Below are positions 48,630 to 59,988 of a DNA stretch of 64,000 nucleotides, in pieces. A model generated the notes under the pieces. That model saw only the letters and a program-made list of their open reading frames with translations. It was not told the origin of the DNA and ran no database searches. Source of the DNA: an uncultured Verrucomicrobiae bacterium (GTDB lineage: Bacteria; Chlamydiota; Chlamydiia; Chlamydiales; Rhabdochlamydiaceae); contig CAWDYW010000001.1 in the NCBI GenBank assembly GCA_963806855.1, forward strand, positions 832,001-896,000, written 5' to 3'. The position numbers and the translations under genes were made by a program. Position 1 is the stretch's first letter. Each line of letters opens with the position of its first letter.

Positions 48630-49082
48630 ATGAATAAAAGTAAGCAACAAGATTCGACTCTCTTAACTAAAGAACAGGCCATTGCGGATCGTAGATGGTT
48701 CCTGCTAGATGCCAAAGGGAAAACTTTGGGACGCTTTGCCTCAGAAGTGGCGAAAGTGCTTCGAGGTAAACATAAACCCCAGTTCACCCCAAATGTTGAC
48801 TGCGGCGATGGCGTGATCATCATCAATGCCGACCAAATTAAGGTCACTGGCGCCAAAGCAGCTCAAAAGATTTATTATTACCACACCCATAAAGCAAATG
48901 GTCTGCGCGAAATCCCTTTCAATGTCATGTTGGACAGAAAGCCCGACTTTATCATTCGCGAAGCTGTCAAGGGGATGATGCCTCTTAGCCGTTTAGGCCG
49001 CCAACAAATGAGAAAATTGCGCATCTACGCTGGAGACGCGCACGACTTAGAAGCTCAACAACCAATCTCCTTAACCGTATAA
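48630..49082 (+). CDS. rplM: 50S ribosomal protein L13
   Basis: DA.G..LGR, GKHKP.FTP.VDCGD. Confidence 0.97.
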   Translation: MNKSKQQDSTLLTKEQAIADRRWFLLDAKGKTLGRFASEVAKVLRGKHKPQFTPNVDCGDGVIIINADQIKVTGAKAAQKIYYYHTHKANGLREIPFNVMLDRKPDFIIREAVKGMMPLSRLGRQQMRKLRIYAGDAHDLEAQQPISLTV

Positions 49083-49089
49083 GAGTAAT

Positions 49090-49479
49090 ATGCAAGAATT
49101 TATCGGAACTGGAAGACGAAAAACATCTGTATCATCAGTGCGTCTTCGCCCAAATGGGTCTGGAAAAATCGAAGTCAATGGACGTAAGATCGAGGAGTAT
49201 TTCCCACTCGAAATCCAAAGAGATGAGATCCTCTCCCCACTAAAAAAATTTAATCTCGAGCAAAAATTCGATATTATTATTCGCTTGAAAGGGGGAGGTA
49301 TCCAAGGGCAAGCCATCGCAACTCGCCTTGGGATCTCACGCGCTCTCGTTATTCAAGACGAGACGAGAAGACCAGATCTGAAAGAGCTGGGGTATCTCAC
49401 TCGCGATCCTCGCAAACGCGAGAGAAAGAAATACGGTTTGGCTGGCGCACGTAAACGATTCCAGTTCTCCAAACGTTAA
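49090..49479 (+). CDS. rpsI: 30S ribosomal protein S9
   Basis: GTGRRK, GGG..GQA.A, ERKKYG...ARK.FQFSKR. Confidence 0.98.
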   Translation: MQEFIGTGRRKTSVSSVRLRPNGSGKIEVNGRKIEEYFPLEIQRDEILSPLKKFNLEQKFDIIIRLKGGGIQGQAIATRLGISRALVIQDETRRPDLKELGYLTRDPRKRERKKYGLAGARKRFQFSKR

Positions 49480-49572
49480 TATTCAACCTATATCCTCCTT
49501 GTTGATGACAAGACCATTGAACGATTGTTTAAGGGTCTTGTTTTATTTATATCAGGGTTATATAGAGAAAGT

Positions 49573-50034
49573 ATGGATCCAAAGCCTGTTAGTTTTTCAG
49601 CCATTGATAATCAAATTTCAATCGTTTTTCCAAATGATCTTAATGCCAATGGGACTCTATTTGGAGGAAAGGTGCTGGAGCAGGGCGATTGGCTCTGTGC
49701 GATCGTCGCCAAACGGCATTCGCAGCGGGTATGCGTGACGCTTGGGCTCGATTCGGTCAGATTTTTGGCCCCGGCGACAAGTGGCGACGTGCTGATCCTC
49801 AAAGCGGCTCTCAATCGGGCTTGGCACACTTCGATGGAGGTGGGGCTCAAGGTCTTCGCGGAAGATATTCGGACCCTGGAGAGAAGGCATATCTTTTCGG
49901 CCTATTTTACTTTTGTCGCCCTTGATGAGACGTTTCGCCCGACTAAGGTGCCGCCTGTGATTCCTGAAACGGAAGATGAAAAGCGGCGCTATGAAGAGGC
50001 TGAAATGCGAAGGACGAAGCGCTTAACTAGGTAG
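49573..50034 (+). CDS. Acyl-CoA thioesterase (hotdog fold)
   Basis: P.D.N..GTLFGG, TSMEV, FTFVA. Confidence 0.9.
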   Translation: MDPKPVSFSAIDNQISIVFPNDLNANGTLFGGKVLEQGDWLCAIVAKRHSQRVCVTLGLDSVRFLAPATSGDVLILKAALNRAWHTSMEVGLKVFAEDIRTLERRHIFSAYFTFVALDETFRPTKVPPVIPETEDEKRRYEEAEMRRTKRLTR

Positions 50035-50039
50035 GCCCG

Positions 50040-50130
50040 TTTCAACGCAAAGACGCCAAGGCGCAAAGACGCAAAAAAAGAAATTGGTTTTTTTCTTGCG
50101 TCTTTGCGCCTCTGCGTCTTTGCGTTGAAA
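50040..50130. repeat. Second REP-like CGCAAAGA palindrome
   Basis: Arms near-identical to 20927-21011. Confidence 0.9.
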
Positions 50131-50291
50131 TGGGCAATGTATCTAACTACGTCGAGTTGGATAGGGGTATCGCCGATAAAGCCGTAGTTAGGGGGAGGAT
50201 GAGATCAGACTCGGCGGCGGCAATTTCTGATCAAATACGGTGTGGGACTTTAGCAGCAGCAGTAGGCTTAAGCAAAAGAGGACAACCCATT

Positions 50292-51809
50292 TCATGCGAG
50301 ATGATAGAGGGGGGTGTATTTTTTCTCGAGATAGGTGATAAACGGTTTCTCTGAGAGGGGCTTGCCGGTGATCTTTTCACACAGATCTTCGGGCAAATAT
50401 TGCCGTCCGTATCGATGGATATGTTCTTTTTGCCAATTGCTCAAGACGCTGAGTTCTCCTTTGGCAATCTGCTCTTTCCAATTGGGGTGTTTGGCAGCAA
50501 ATGTTTCGAAAAATTGGGCAGCATAGAGGTTGCCGAGGGTATAGGTGGGGAAATAGCCAATGGCCCCTAAAGACCAGTGGATATCCTGCAGACACCCTTC
50601 GATATCTGAGTGTGGGGTGATGCCCAAATACTCGCGCATTCTCTTATTCCACTCTTCAGGTACTCTTTCGACAGGGATTGTCCCTTCGATTAGCCCTTTT
50701 TCCATTTCAAAGCGGAGCATGATGTGGAGGTTATAGGTCACTTCATCGCTTTCGGTGCGGATCATGGTCGGTTTGACGGTGTTGATCGCTTTGTAGAAAT
50801 CCTCGAGACGAACAGAGGCCAAATGCTCTGGGAAGGTTTCTTTCAAATGGGGAAAGAAATGTTGCCAGAAGGGGAGCGAGCGGCCGATGATGGTCTCCCA
50901 GCTGCGCGATTGGCTCTCGTCGATGCCGAGCGAGGCTGCTTCGCCGAGGGGGGTTCCATAATTTTCGTGAGGAAGGTTGGCGTGATAAAGGCCGTGCCCT
51001 CCTTCGTGAACGCAGGAGAGGATGTTCATCAAGGGGTGATTGAGGTTGATGCGCGTGGTCATCCGGGTGTCATAGGTTTGCATGGGGATGCACATCGGAT
51101 GGGCCGATTCATCAAGCCTAGAAAACCGTTTGTCAAATCCCATAGCAGAGAGGAGTTTTTTCCCAAATGCCAGCTGCTTATTGTGGTCGAAGTCGTGCTG
51201 GAGAAAGGAGCTGTCGGGAATTGGTTTCGTGCAGATTTTTTTGAGTAGATTGGTCAGCGGGATCTTGAGCCGCTCGAGGAGGACAGTTAAAACGGCGGTG
51301 GTCATGGTCGGCTCGAAATTGTCGACGAGCGCATCGTAAGGGTGATCTTCATAGCCTAGGATATCGGCTTTTTTGCGGCATAGGGCGACGATTTTTTCCA
51401 GGTGGGGCTGAAAGTCTTTGAACCGGTTTTTCTCTTTGGCATCGGCCCACGCATGCGTTGCAGCTGAAGTGACAATGGCAAACTCTTCGACGAAGGAGAG
51501 GGGGAGTTTGACCGCTTTGATGTAATCGCGTCGCCATTCTCGCAGCGCGGCGATTTGTGGATCGGTCAATTCATCGCTCTTCAAGGTGCCTGTTTCGATG
51601 TCGATCAGGGCTGAGAGGGCATTTGCGAAGTCTTTGCTGGTCCTCTCTTGGTGCCCGAGACTTGCGATCAGCTCCACTTGTTTTGAGCGGATCTCAATGG
51701 CCCCTTTCGGCATGTAGGTCTCTTGGTCCCATTCGAGCAGCATTGAGATGCCGCTAAACAGGGTAGCTTTAGTCGAGAGTTCTGTAATTTTTTGATAGGC
51801 TTTATTCAT
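50292..51809 (-). CDS. Carboxypeptidase, M32 family
   Basis: WDQE..MP, HEGGH, ESQSR, GCLQDIHW, GYFPTY. Confidence 0.95.
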   Translation of the reverse strand: MNKAYQKITELSTKATLFSGISMLLEWDQETYMPKGAIEIRSKQVELIASLGHQERTSKDFANALSALIDIETGTLKSDELTDPQIAALREWRRDYIKAVKLPLSFVEEFAIVTSAATHAWADAKEKNRFKDFQPHLEKIVALCRKKADILGYEDHPYDALVDNFEPTMTTAVLTVLLERLKIPLTNLLKKICTKPIPDSSFLQHDFDHNKQLAFGKKLLSAMGFDKRFSRLDESAHPMCIPMQTYDTRMTTRINLNHPLMNILSCVHEGGHGLYHANLPHENYGTPLGEAASLGIDESQSRSWETIIGRSLPFWQHFFPHLKETFPEHLASVRLEDFYKAINTVKPTMIRTESDEVTYNLHIMLRFEMEKGLIEGTIPVERVPEEWNKRMREYLGITPHSDIEGCLQDIHWSLGAIGYFPTYTLGNLYAAQFFETFAAKHPNWKEQIAKGELSVLSNWQKEHIHRYGRQYLPEDLCEKITGKPLSEKPFITYLEKKYTPLYHLA

Positions 51810-52540
51810 GTTTTTAGTCTAACTGGTGGCCAAATTTTTTTTAAGCCTTTCTCTATCGCCCCGATCATTTTGCCGGCAAATGGGGTAAAGAAAGACCAAC
51901 TGATCGACAAGATGACAATACAGCCGCTGCCGACGACGATATCGGAGAGCCAGTGGGCGCCAACTGCGAGGCGGGGAAGGCAGAGAAAGGCGCCGTAAAG
52001 CAGCGCGAGGAGAGCGAGTCTTCCACGGACGATATAGGCATAGCTCACAGCGAGCATGAGAGCGGTCGTCGCGTGGTCGCCGGGGAGGCTCTTGCTCGAA
52101 TGGACTTTGAATTCTATCCAGGAAATGGTGTGGGAAATATCGACCACATGATCGAGGACAAGGCTTGGACTCGTCCGGCGCAAATGCATGAGATCACGGC
52201 AAAAAAGGCGATTGATGAGGACAATGGTCGCCGCAGTGAGGATCACGCAGAAAATGAATTCGGCACATCTTCGTAGCCGCTCTGGCTTTTGGGTTCTGAA
52301 AATCGCAGCCAAATAAAATCCTAAGAAGCACAGGTCTTCAAACCAGTCTGCCAGGCTGTGGTTGGCAAGAGCCCAGAGGGTACGCAGGAGGCTATTGTCT
52401 TTGAGCGGTTCATTGACCAAGCGAAAGAAGGCTAGATCGATTTGTTCCCATATTTGCGACGAGAAAATGAAGCTGCCAAAAAGAATTAAGGCTAGCAAAT
52501 TCCAAAAGAGAAGGGGTTTTATTCGCGTACAAACCTCCAT
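51806..52540 (-). CDS. PAP2-family phosphatase (LpxT/LpxE-like)
   Basis: R.SP, S.PGDH, PR..VGAHW.SD. Confidence 0.85.
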   Translation of the reverse strand: MEVCTRIKPLLFWNLLALILFGSFIFSSQIWEQIDLAFFRLVNEPLKDNSLLRTLWALANHSLADWFEDLCFLGFYLAAIFRTQKPERLRRCAEFIFCVILTAATIVLINRLFCRDLMHLRRTSPSLVLDHVVDISHTISWIEFKVHSSKSLPGDHATTALMLAVSYAYIVRGRLALLALLYGAFLCLPRLAVGAHWLSDIVVGSGCIVILSISWSFFTPFAGKMIGAIEKGLKKIWPPVRLKT

Positions 52541-53583
52541 CCAAAAATCGAATACAGAAGTAGAAAAGGAGCTAAGATCGCAATGTAGGCAGAGGCGGTT
52601 TCATTTTCGCTCAAAATCACGGCCGCATCCATGAAGGCGACGAAGGCGATAAATCCAAAGAGGCCAAAAACGTAGATGAAAAAGGGTGAGAGGTCTCGCT
52701 TGTATCCGATACAGAAGGGAATGACGGCGAGCAGGACTAAAAAGCAGCAGCTTGGCATCGCCAGTTTAAAGAGAAGCTGGGTCAAAATCACCTGTTTTTC
52801 ATGGTTAGAAGCAAAGGAGCGGCTTAAGAGGGTAAAGAGCTGATAGATCGATCGGTTTTCATAGGGGATATACCCTTTGCGCGGGATCTCTTTTGCCCAA
52901 TGCAATTCGGTGAATAGATAGGTCGGATAGGAGGCCTCTTTCTCAAAGGCATCTCCATTGCGGACGAGGTGATCTACCCATTGTCCTCGCAGATCATCCG
53001 GATCGGCCTTGAGATATTTCATCCTCCAGATATCATCGGCGCTGCGGATCCAAATCACATCGAAAAAAGATTCTTTCTCTTGATCAAAATATTGATAGAC
53101 GAGCCGGGAGTGATCTTCAAGGTGCAGAACGCGGAAAGGTTCTCTCCGATTATTCTTAAGCGAGTGGCTCAAATGGGAATCATAGAATTTGTCGATGAAA
53201 TTAAGCGATGAGGGGATGGCAAATTCGTTAATCGCCAGGCAGCTGAGGGTGCAGATCATCCCCATAAAAAAGAGGGGGCGGAGCAATTTTTTCTGGGCGA
53301 GACCTGCCGATTGGAAGGCGACCAATTCCCGATAGATATTGAGTTGGCAGAGCACTTTGATCGTGCCGAGGAGCAGGGCGAGGGGAATCAAAATATCGGC
53401 CCGCTTGACAAATTGGAAGAGGTAATACTGAAAAATTTTGAAAACGCCTAAATTCTTGCCATGGACAAAGTCCTGGATATGGGTGGAGTAATCGATAATG
53501 GCATAGAGGAAGTAGAAGCCAAAAAGAAAGAGGGCAAAGACCTTTAGAAACTCCCGCAAGACATACTTTTCCCAAATCTTCAT
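52519..53583 (-). CDS. lptG: LPS export permease LptG-like
   Basis: YjgP/Q layout, EL.A..SAG. Confidence 0.8.
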   Translation of the reverse strand: MKIWEKYVLREFLKVFALFLFGFYFLYAIIDYSTHIQDFVHGKNLGVFKIFQYYLFQFVKRADILIPLALLLGTIKVLCQLNIYRELVAFQSAGLAQKKLLRPLFFMGMICTLSCLAINEFAIPSSLNFIDKFYDSHLSHSLKNNRREPFRVLHLEDHSRLVYQYFDQEKESFFDVIWIRSADDIWRMKYLKADPDDLRGQWVDHLVRNGDAFEKEASYPTYLFTELHWAKEIPRKGYIPYENRSIYQLFTLLSRSFASNHEKQVILTQLLFKLAMPSCCFLVLLAVIPFCIGYKRDLSPFFIYVFGLFGFIAFVAFMDAAVILSENETASAYIAILAPFLLLYSIFGWRFVRE

Positions 53584-54677
53584 TCTGCCCCCCTCGCAAT
53601 CCGTTTAAAAGAGTAGAGACAGAAAAGAATAATCACTGGATGGGGCCCTAGATACAAGAGGGTGCTTTGAAGGTGATTATGTCGCACCGATTTTGCCATG
53701 ACAAAGCAGACCAGATAGATTATTAGAAATGCGCTGGCCCAAAGGATTCCTCTCAATTTAAGCTGTCTTGAAATCTCCATCCCACAGGCGATCCCTAAGA
53801 GGGTGAAAGTGAAGGCGGCGATCCCTAAAGAGAGCCGTCTGGCAATCTCTTCAAGAATGTGAATATCAAGCTGAGAACTTACTTGATTTTCGACCGCATT
53901 TTTGGCCAGAAGCATCCGTAAATTGAGGTTTTCAAAGCTAAGACTCCAGCCGCTGCTATGCAAATATTGGGAGAGATCATCGGCCTGCGTCTGCATCTCT
54001 GCCTGATTTTCGATAACAAGATGGTCAAACCTATCAGGCTCTTTTGAATCGACACTCGAGATAAAGGTGACATTGGATCCGAGCAATTTTTGATCTTTTA
54101 ACGAGAGTTTCTTCGCCAGCATCAGCCCAATCCGCTGATTTGACATCGTCCGCGAGATGAAAAAGACATCTTCAGCATATTTGCCCGATTTGAGCACTTT
54201 CATATCGACGTAGGTGTTCTTCAATTTGATCAGCGTATCTTTTTGTAGCAGACAGAGGGGATTGGCGGCCGTCATCTCATAGGCGAGCATTTTAGAAAGA
54301 GAGCGGCATTTTGGAGTCACTTCTGACACAACCGTAAAATTGAGCAGCGCAAAAATCATCCCGCAGAGGAGGAGAGGGAAAGTGATGGAGGCGATTCCAA
54401 GCCCCGACATCCGGATGGCAGTCAATTCTCGCGATCGACTCATCTTTTGGAAGAGCAAGAATGCGGCGATCAAACAGGAAATAGGGATCGCAAGGGGCAA
54501 AATGAAGGGAATTTGAAAGAGGACAAACTTGAAAACGACAAATTTTGAGGCACCGGTCGCAGCAAAGCGGGCCACCGTTTGGAAACGGGTGACTAAAAGG
54601 ACCGAGATAAATCCTGTGACGCACAGGCAGAGTACCTTGAGGTAGTTGCGTAGTAAGTAGCTCCACAAAAGGGGCAT
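53580..54677 (-). CDS. lptF: LPS export permease LptF-like
   Basis: YjgP/Q layout, ELTA.R.SG. Confidence 0.8.
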   Translation of the reverse strand: MPLLWSYLLRNYLKVLCLCVTGFISVLLVTRFQTVARFAATGASKFVVFKFVLFQIPFILPLAIPISCLIAAFLLFQKMSRSRELTAIRMSGLGIASITFPLLLCGMIFALLNFTVVSEVTPKCRSLSKMLAYEMTAANPLCLLQKDTLIKLKNTYVDMKVLKSGKYAEDVFFISRTMSNQRIGLMLAKKLSLKDQKLLGSNVTFISSVDSKEPDRFDHLVIENQAEMQTQADDLSQYLHSSGWSLSFENLNLRMLLAKNAVENQVSSQLDIHILEEIARRLSLGIAAFTFTLLGIACGMEISRQLKLRGILWASAFLIIYLVCFVMAKSVRHNHLQSTLLYLGPHPVIILFCLYSFKRIARGAE

Positions 54678-54711
54678 CGCTTGTCTCTTTCTTATTTTAT
54701 CTATTAATTGT

Positions 54712-55926
54712 ATGCTAACGGACGATTATACGAAAATGGATTTAGAAAAAACTATTCAACTTTATTTCGGGCAAGTACCCCGCTCTGACAAACCGCTCCT
54801 GCTAGGTTTATCGGGAGGGGAGGACTCGCTCGCTTTAGCCCATTGCCTGATCCGGCTGAAAATTCCGTTCCATGTCGCCCATTATGATCACGGCTGGCGG
54901 CAGACTAGCGGACGCGAGGCGGAAGAGCTCAGGAATTGGGCAGCCGAACGTCAAATTCCATTTTATACGATGAGAAGCAGCGGCTCAGCTGGGAAAGAGG
55001 ATGAGGCACGCGAACAGAGGTATTCTTTTTTTGAATCAATTTTCAAAGAGGAGCTTTTCCAGGCGCTCGTCCTCGCCCACCACCGCGATGACCAGGTCGA
55101 GACGATTTTAAAGCGGATTTTAGAAGGGGCCCATCTGTCCAAATTGAGGGGAATAAAAGAGATCCATTGGCGAGGAACTCTTCCCATTTGGCGCCCTTTA
55201 CTTGGAGTTCCCAAGGAGGCGATCCGAGCTTATATAAGGACACATCAGCTGCAGCCGATCGATGATTATACAAATCGGGACCCCAAATATTTGCGCGCCA
55301 GGATGCGAACTGGGCTAATCCCGATGTTGCAGGAGCAATTTGGCAAGGAGATTTCGAGCTCCCTCCTCCGACTGGGCCGCTATTCTGCAGAATTGGAACA
55401 TTACCTTGAGCTGCAAACAGAAAAGATTCAACCGGTTGAAGGGCCATTTGGGAGCTTTTGGGACTTTTCGGCCTCCCATCCGGTTGAAATGCGCTTTGTC
55501 CTGAGAAATCTTGGAGTCAGCCAACAAGTCATAGACCAGACGATAGAGGCGCTGACTGCCAATAGGGCCAACTATAAAATCAATCAGATGTTTATCGTCG
55601 ACCGGGGAACGCTCTTTTTTTTAAAACCATCTCAGAAGAATACTTCTATGACCTTTGGCCCAATTGTGGAAGGGGAGCCCCAAAATTGGCGCAACTGGTG
55701 GCAAGGAAAGATTTCAGTTAACATCCCAGCCGGCCCTGCCACCTTCGGCCCTCTCAACCCAAAATTGCGAAAATTCCAACACAACCACCGCGTTCCCGCC
55801 TTCCTCCGCGATACTCTCCCTGTGCTGGTGCAGGATGGAAATCCGGTAGGAGAATTTTTAAGCGGAAAAAGTTGCTATCCTCAGGTCGGGCAATCGGTCG
55901 CATTTGAAATTAATGTTAACCTATGA
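54712..55926 (+). CDS. tilS: tRNA(Ile)-lysidine synthase
   Basis: SGG.DS, E..AR..RY, AHH.DDQ.ET, RPLL, D.TN; start may be 54736. Confidence 0.95.
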   Translation: MLTDDYTKMDLEKTIQLYFGQVPRSDKPLLLGLSGGEDSLALAHCLIRLKIPFHVAHYDHGWRQTSGREAEELRNWAAERQIPFYTMRSSGSAGKEDEAREQRYSFFESIFKEELFQALVLAHHRDDQVETILKRILEGAHLSKLRGIKEIHWRGTLPIWRPLLGVPKEAIRAYIRTHQLQPIDDYTNRDPKYLRARMRTGLIPMLQEQFGKEISSSLLRLGRYSAELEHYLELQTEKIQPVEGPFGSFWDFSASHPVEMRFVLRNLGVSQQVIDQTIEALTANRANYKINQMFIVDRGTLFFLKPSQKNTSMTFGPIVEGEPQNWRNWWQGKISVNIPAGPATFGPLNPKLRKFQHNHRVPAFLRDTLPVLVQDGNPVGEFLSGKSCYPQVGQSVAFEINVNL

Positions 55927-56048
55927 TATCATAATAACTTAAGGCTCTACCACCAAAAAAATTCTGCCTATTTTCTTGAACGAAAATTAAAATAGGTAAA
56001 CCTTTTTATCCTTTTAAAAAGTTTGAACTTGTGATATAAAAAGAAATT

Positions 56049-58797
56049 ATGGGCGATGACAATAAAAACAAACCTACGCCGAAGAAGGGATTTCCTGGAG
56101 GCTTTTTAATTTTTGTTCTGGCGGGGATACTCACGTTCTTCTCCATTCAGAGCATGAATAAAGACAAGACCGGGAAAGTTGGGTTCAGCCATCAGGTTGA
56201 ACACCTCGTCAACTTGGACCTTCTTGATAAAGAGAGCAACAAAAAAACGGCTCTGAACGATAACCTGGTCACTTTCAGCGGAAAGTTCAAGGATCAAGTT
56301 TCAGATGAGGCGAAAGCGCGCTATCGGTTCTTGCAGCTTGTCAATCAAAATAATCAACTGATTCAGGACCAAAGCGTCGTTCAAAAAGAGCTCCGAGATC
56401 TCCGTACATCTGTGATTGCTGCAGCCGATTGGTTCCTTAACCTCACCGGGATCGACATCCCAAGCAGAGGCTATGTCGTCGTCGATTCAGGTTTCGATCT
56501 TCCCAATTCCGACAATGCGATCGTCCTCAAATCGACAAACGATCGGCATATCGTCAATCTCAAAGAACTCAAGAGCAATTTCCGAGCAGCTTCTAGCTCA
56601 GCCGCGACGCTCGACACTTTTGCGAGCGACCTACGCACTCTAATCCAAGCCTTCCGTTCTCCCAATTTAGCGATGGGGGATGAGGCGATTAAGCAGCAGC
56701 TGAAAGATATGGAAGTGGCTGTGATGAATGCCCGTTCCTTCAATGTGAGCGATCGGACCGAAGTTTATGCTACTGCTATTAACCAGCTCCAGGCGATCGC
56801 TAACGAATTAGATGCATCTGAAGATGGAATCAGGCTAAACCAGCTCCGTCCCGTCCGCACCTATAAACAAGACCTGATCCGCAACAACCAAATCTCTGAA
56901 GACCTTCTGACCGTCAATGCTCAACTGGATAAAGCGCGCCAACAAGTGGCGAGCGTCGTCTGGTATTTTAACAACAAAGAACTCTCCACCCGGCAGCTTG
57001 AAAAACAAGATCCAGAGGTTTTCAGCCAATGGTATTCTGGTGCTAACCAAGAATGGCAGACTTTCGCCACCAACCGTGGAGCCGATTTTAAAGCCCCCGA
57101 CCAACCGCGCAATGCCGTCTTAGAAAAAACCTTCAAGAGCGAAGAGCCTTCTCCCAATTATTTTAGCTACCTCTTGACCCTGCTCCCCGTATTACTCGTG
57201 GTCTTCCTCCTCTACTTCGTCTTCTCCAAACAGATGAAAGGGATGGGATCTGGCGCCATGAACTTCGGAAAATCGCCTGCTCGCCTTCTGACAAAAGAGA
57301 GGAATAAAGTCACCTTTAAAGATGTCGCCGGTTGCGATGAGGCCAAAGAAGAACTTCAAGAGATCGTCGACTTCCTCAAAGACCCAGCGAAATTCACCGT
57401 CCTCGGCGCTCGCATCCCGAAAGGGGTCCTCTGCATCGGCGCTCCAGGAACAGGTAAAACGTTGATTGCCAAAGCTGTTGCCGGCGAGGCCGATCGCCCC
57501 TTCTTCTCGATTTCGGGTTCCGATTTCGTCGAGATGTTTGTGGGTGTCGGTGCTAGCCGTATCCGCGATCTCTTTGACCAAGCGAACAAACAGGCCCCTT
57601 GCATCATCTTTATCGATGAGATCGACGCTGTCGGACGACATCGCGGTGCCGGAATTGGCGGCGGCCACGATGAGCGTGAGCAGACCCTGAACCAGCTTCT
57701 GGTCGAAATGGATGGCTTTGATACGAACGAAGGGGTCATTCTGATCGCCGCAACCAACCGCCCTGACGTCCTCGATAAAGCGCTTCTGCGTCCAGGCCGT
57801 TTTGACAGACGGATCGTCGTCGATCTTCCCGATATTAAAGGTCGCTACGAGATCCTCAAAGTGCATGCCCGCAAGATTAAACTCGATTCTACAGTCGACT
57901 TGATGATCATCGCCCGCAATACCCCAGGCGCATCGGGTGCCGACCTCGCCAATATTCTCAACGAGGCTGCCCTACTTGCAGCGCGTAATGGACGTACAGC
58001 CGTGACCCAGCAAGAGGCGAATGAAGCCTGTGATAAGGTCCGCTATGGAAAAGAGCGCCGCAGCGCTCGAGATCGACAATCAGGAGAAACGGACAACTGC
58101 TATCCACGAATCGGGTCATGCCATCGTCGCCCTCCTCGTGAAAAATAGCGATCCTGTCGACAAAGTGACCATTATTCCTCGTGGACTCTCACTCGGTGCG
58201 ACCCACTTCATGCCAAAGAAAAACCGTGTCAGCTACTGGAAAAAAGAGCTCCTCGATCAGCTTGCCGTCCTCATGGGTGGCCGTATTGCCGAAGATCAAT
58301 TCGTCGGCGATATCTCCAGTGGCGCGCAGATGGACATCACTCAAGCCACACGCCTTGCTCGCAGCATGGTCTGTGAGTGGGGGATGACCGATGCTCTCGG
58401 AACCGTCGCCTATGATGAGCGGAGCGACGTCGGTCAGTATTTAGGAATGCAGCAGCATGAGAAGAACTATTCTGAAGAAACCGCCAAGCATATCGATGAA
58501 GAAGTGCGCCGTATTCTCGATGAAGCCAATAAAAAAGCGATCGAAATCATCCAGACAAATAAAGACAAGCTCCTGCTCATGACCGACATGCTGATGGAAT
58601 TTGAGACCCTTGATCGACAAGACGTCCTCGACATCATGGAGAACAAGTGGGACATCGAGAAGAAACGCAAACGCCAAAAGGATGATGCTGATCGGGCCAA
58701 GAGCAAGGCGCCACCGCCACCTCCAAGCCCCATCACCGATATAACTGCTGGCCCAAAACTCGACCTTCCTCCCAATCCGACACCTCAGGGAACCTAA
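56049..58797 (+). CDS. ftsH: ATP-dependent zinc metalloprotease FtsH (one frameshift near 58065)
   Basis: G.PGTGKT, IDEID, SRH motif; HESGH in the second frame. Confidence 0.93.
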
Positions 58798-58800
58798 AAG

Positions 58801-59823
58801 ATGTTTCAAGCAATGGCGGTCATTTGTCTGATCGCCTGCCACGGAGCCTCCGCCGACCATTTCGCGGTCTTTGCCCAAAAATTATTAGACGAAGGCTACC
58901 AGGTTCGGATCTATGCCTCAGAGCATGCAGTCAAAAAATTCCAAGATCGTAAAATCCCCATTACCATGTCATTTAAAGTTGACGAGTGCAAAGCGTCTGA
59001 AATCGCCGAAAGTTGTGCCGATTCGGTCGTCCTGACCGATGTAGGCCATCCCTTTGACATTACCCTGCAGCAAGCCTTAAACGGGGCCATAGCCTATTAC
59101 GATAATCCCGAGCCCTTAGTCCCTGGAGGGTATTCCAAAGTAGCAGGCGAGGTGATGAAATTGGCAAGCAAGGTGCTCTTTGCCAATGCCAATCTCGAGA
59201 CCAGTCCCTTACTAGACGTCCCATTCGAAAAAAGGGTCGGCCTGGGCTATTACCCTACTGCCGCGGCTGAAAAGGTGGCCAAACGGCGGGCCGAAGAGGG
59301 GAAACGGATGCGGCAGCAATTTGGATATGAAGATAAGAAAATCATGGTCTACTTTGGCGGAAATAACGAAGAGTATTTTGGTGAGGCTTTTCCTGCCTTT
59401 CTCAGTTTTTTATCGGAGGATTTGACCGATTACATTTTCGTATTGCAGCAGCATCCGGCAGCCAAAGAGAAAAACATTGATCGACAAATGGTCCAAGATG
59501 CGCCCTTGATCATTTCCGATTGGACTTCAGAGGATATTCAAGTGATTGCCGATGGGGCCCTCTATTATCAAACCAGCATGGGACCTCAGTTTGCCCTCGC
59601 CGGCATCCCGATGCTGCAAGTGGGGCATAAAACCTATGAAGATGTGATGGTCAGAAGCGGGATGTGCCCTTCGGTGACAAATGGGGAAGATTTTGCCGAG
59701 CAGATTGCCAAGATGGAGCCTACCTTGATGAGTGAGGAGCAGCGGCAAGCGATCTACAAAATCATCGGGATTCGGGATGATTGGTTCGAGAGACTAAAAG
59801 TCGAATTATGCTCTAACGGATAA
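58801..59823 (+). CDS. Hypothetical protein, possible GT-B fold
   Basis: 340 aa; HP, AD...Y..S...FALAG.P pattern. Confidence 0.6.
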   Translation: MFQAMAVICLIACHGASADHFAVFAQKLLDEGYQVRIYASEHAVKKFQDRKIPITMSFKVDECKASEIAESCADSVVLTDVGHPFDITLQQALNGAIAYYDNPEPLVPGGYSKVAGEVMKLASKVLFANANLETSPLLDVPFEKRVGLGYYPTAAAEKVAKRRAEEGKRMRQQFGYEDKKIMVYFGGNNEEYFGEAFPAFLSFLSEDLTDYIFVLQQHPAAKEKNIDRQMVQDAPLIISDWTSEDIQVIADGALYYQTSMGPQFALAGIPMLQVGHKTYEDVMVRSGMCPSVTNGEDFAEQIAKMEPTLMSEEQRQAIYKIIGIRDDWFERLKVELCSNG

Positions 59824-59988
59824 TCCCTGGTAACTGAGGCTGTATGCATCTGCATGTAGTTGGTTATCCCACATCCCCCAGACAGCAAACAAATAGAGAT
59901 AGTCACAATCCAGTCACAATTCTTATATCTTAAATGCCAAGGACTTAAGATTATTTAGCCGATAAAAATGAGCAAGGAATCACAATTC

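Noticed and set aside
58021..58148. Programmed frameshift in ftsH
   Set aside because: No slippery sequence or stimulatory structure; a single-base insertion explains it
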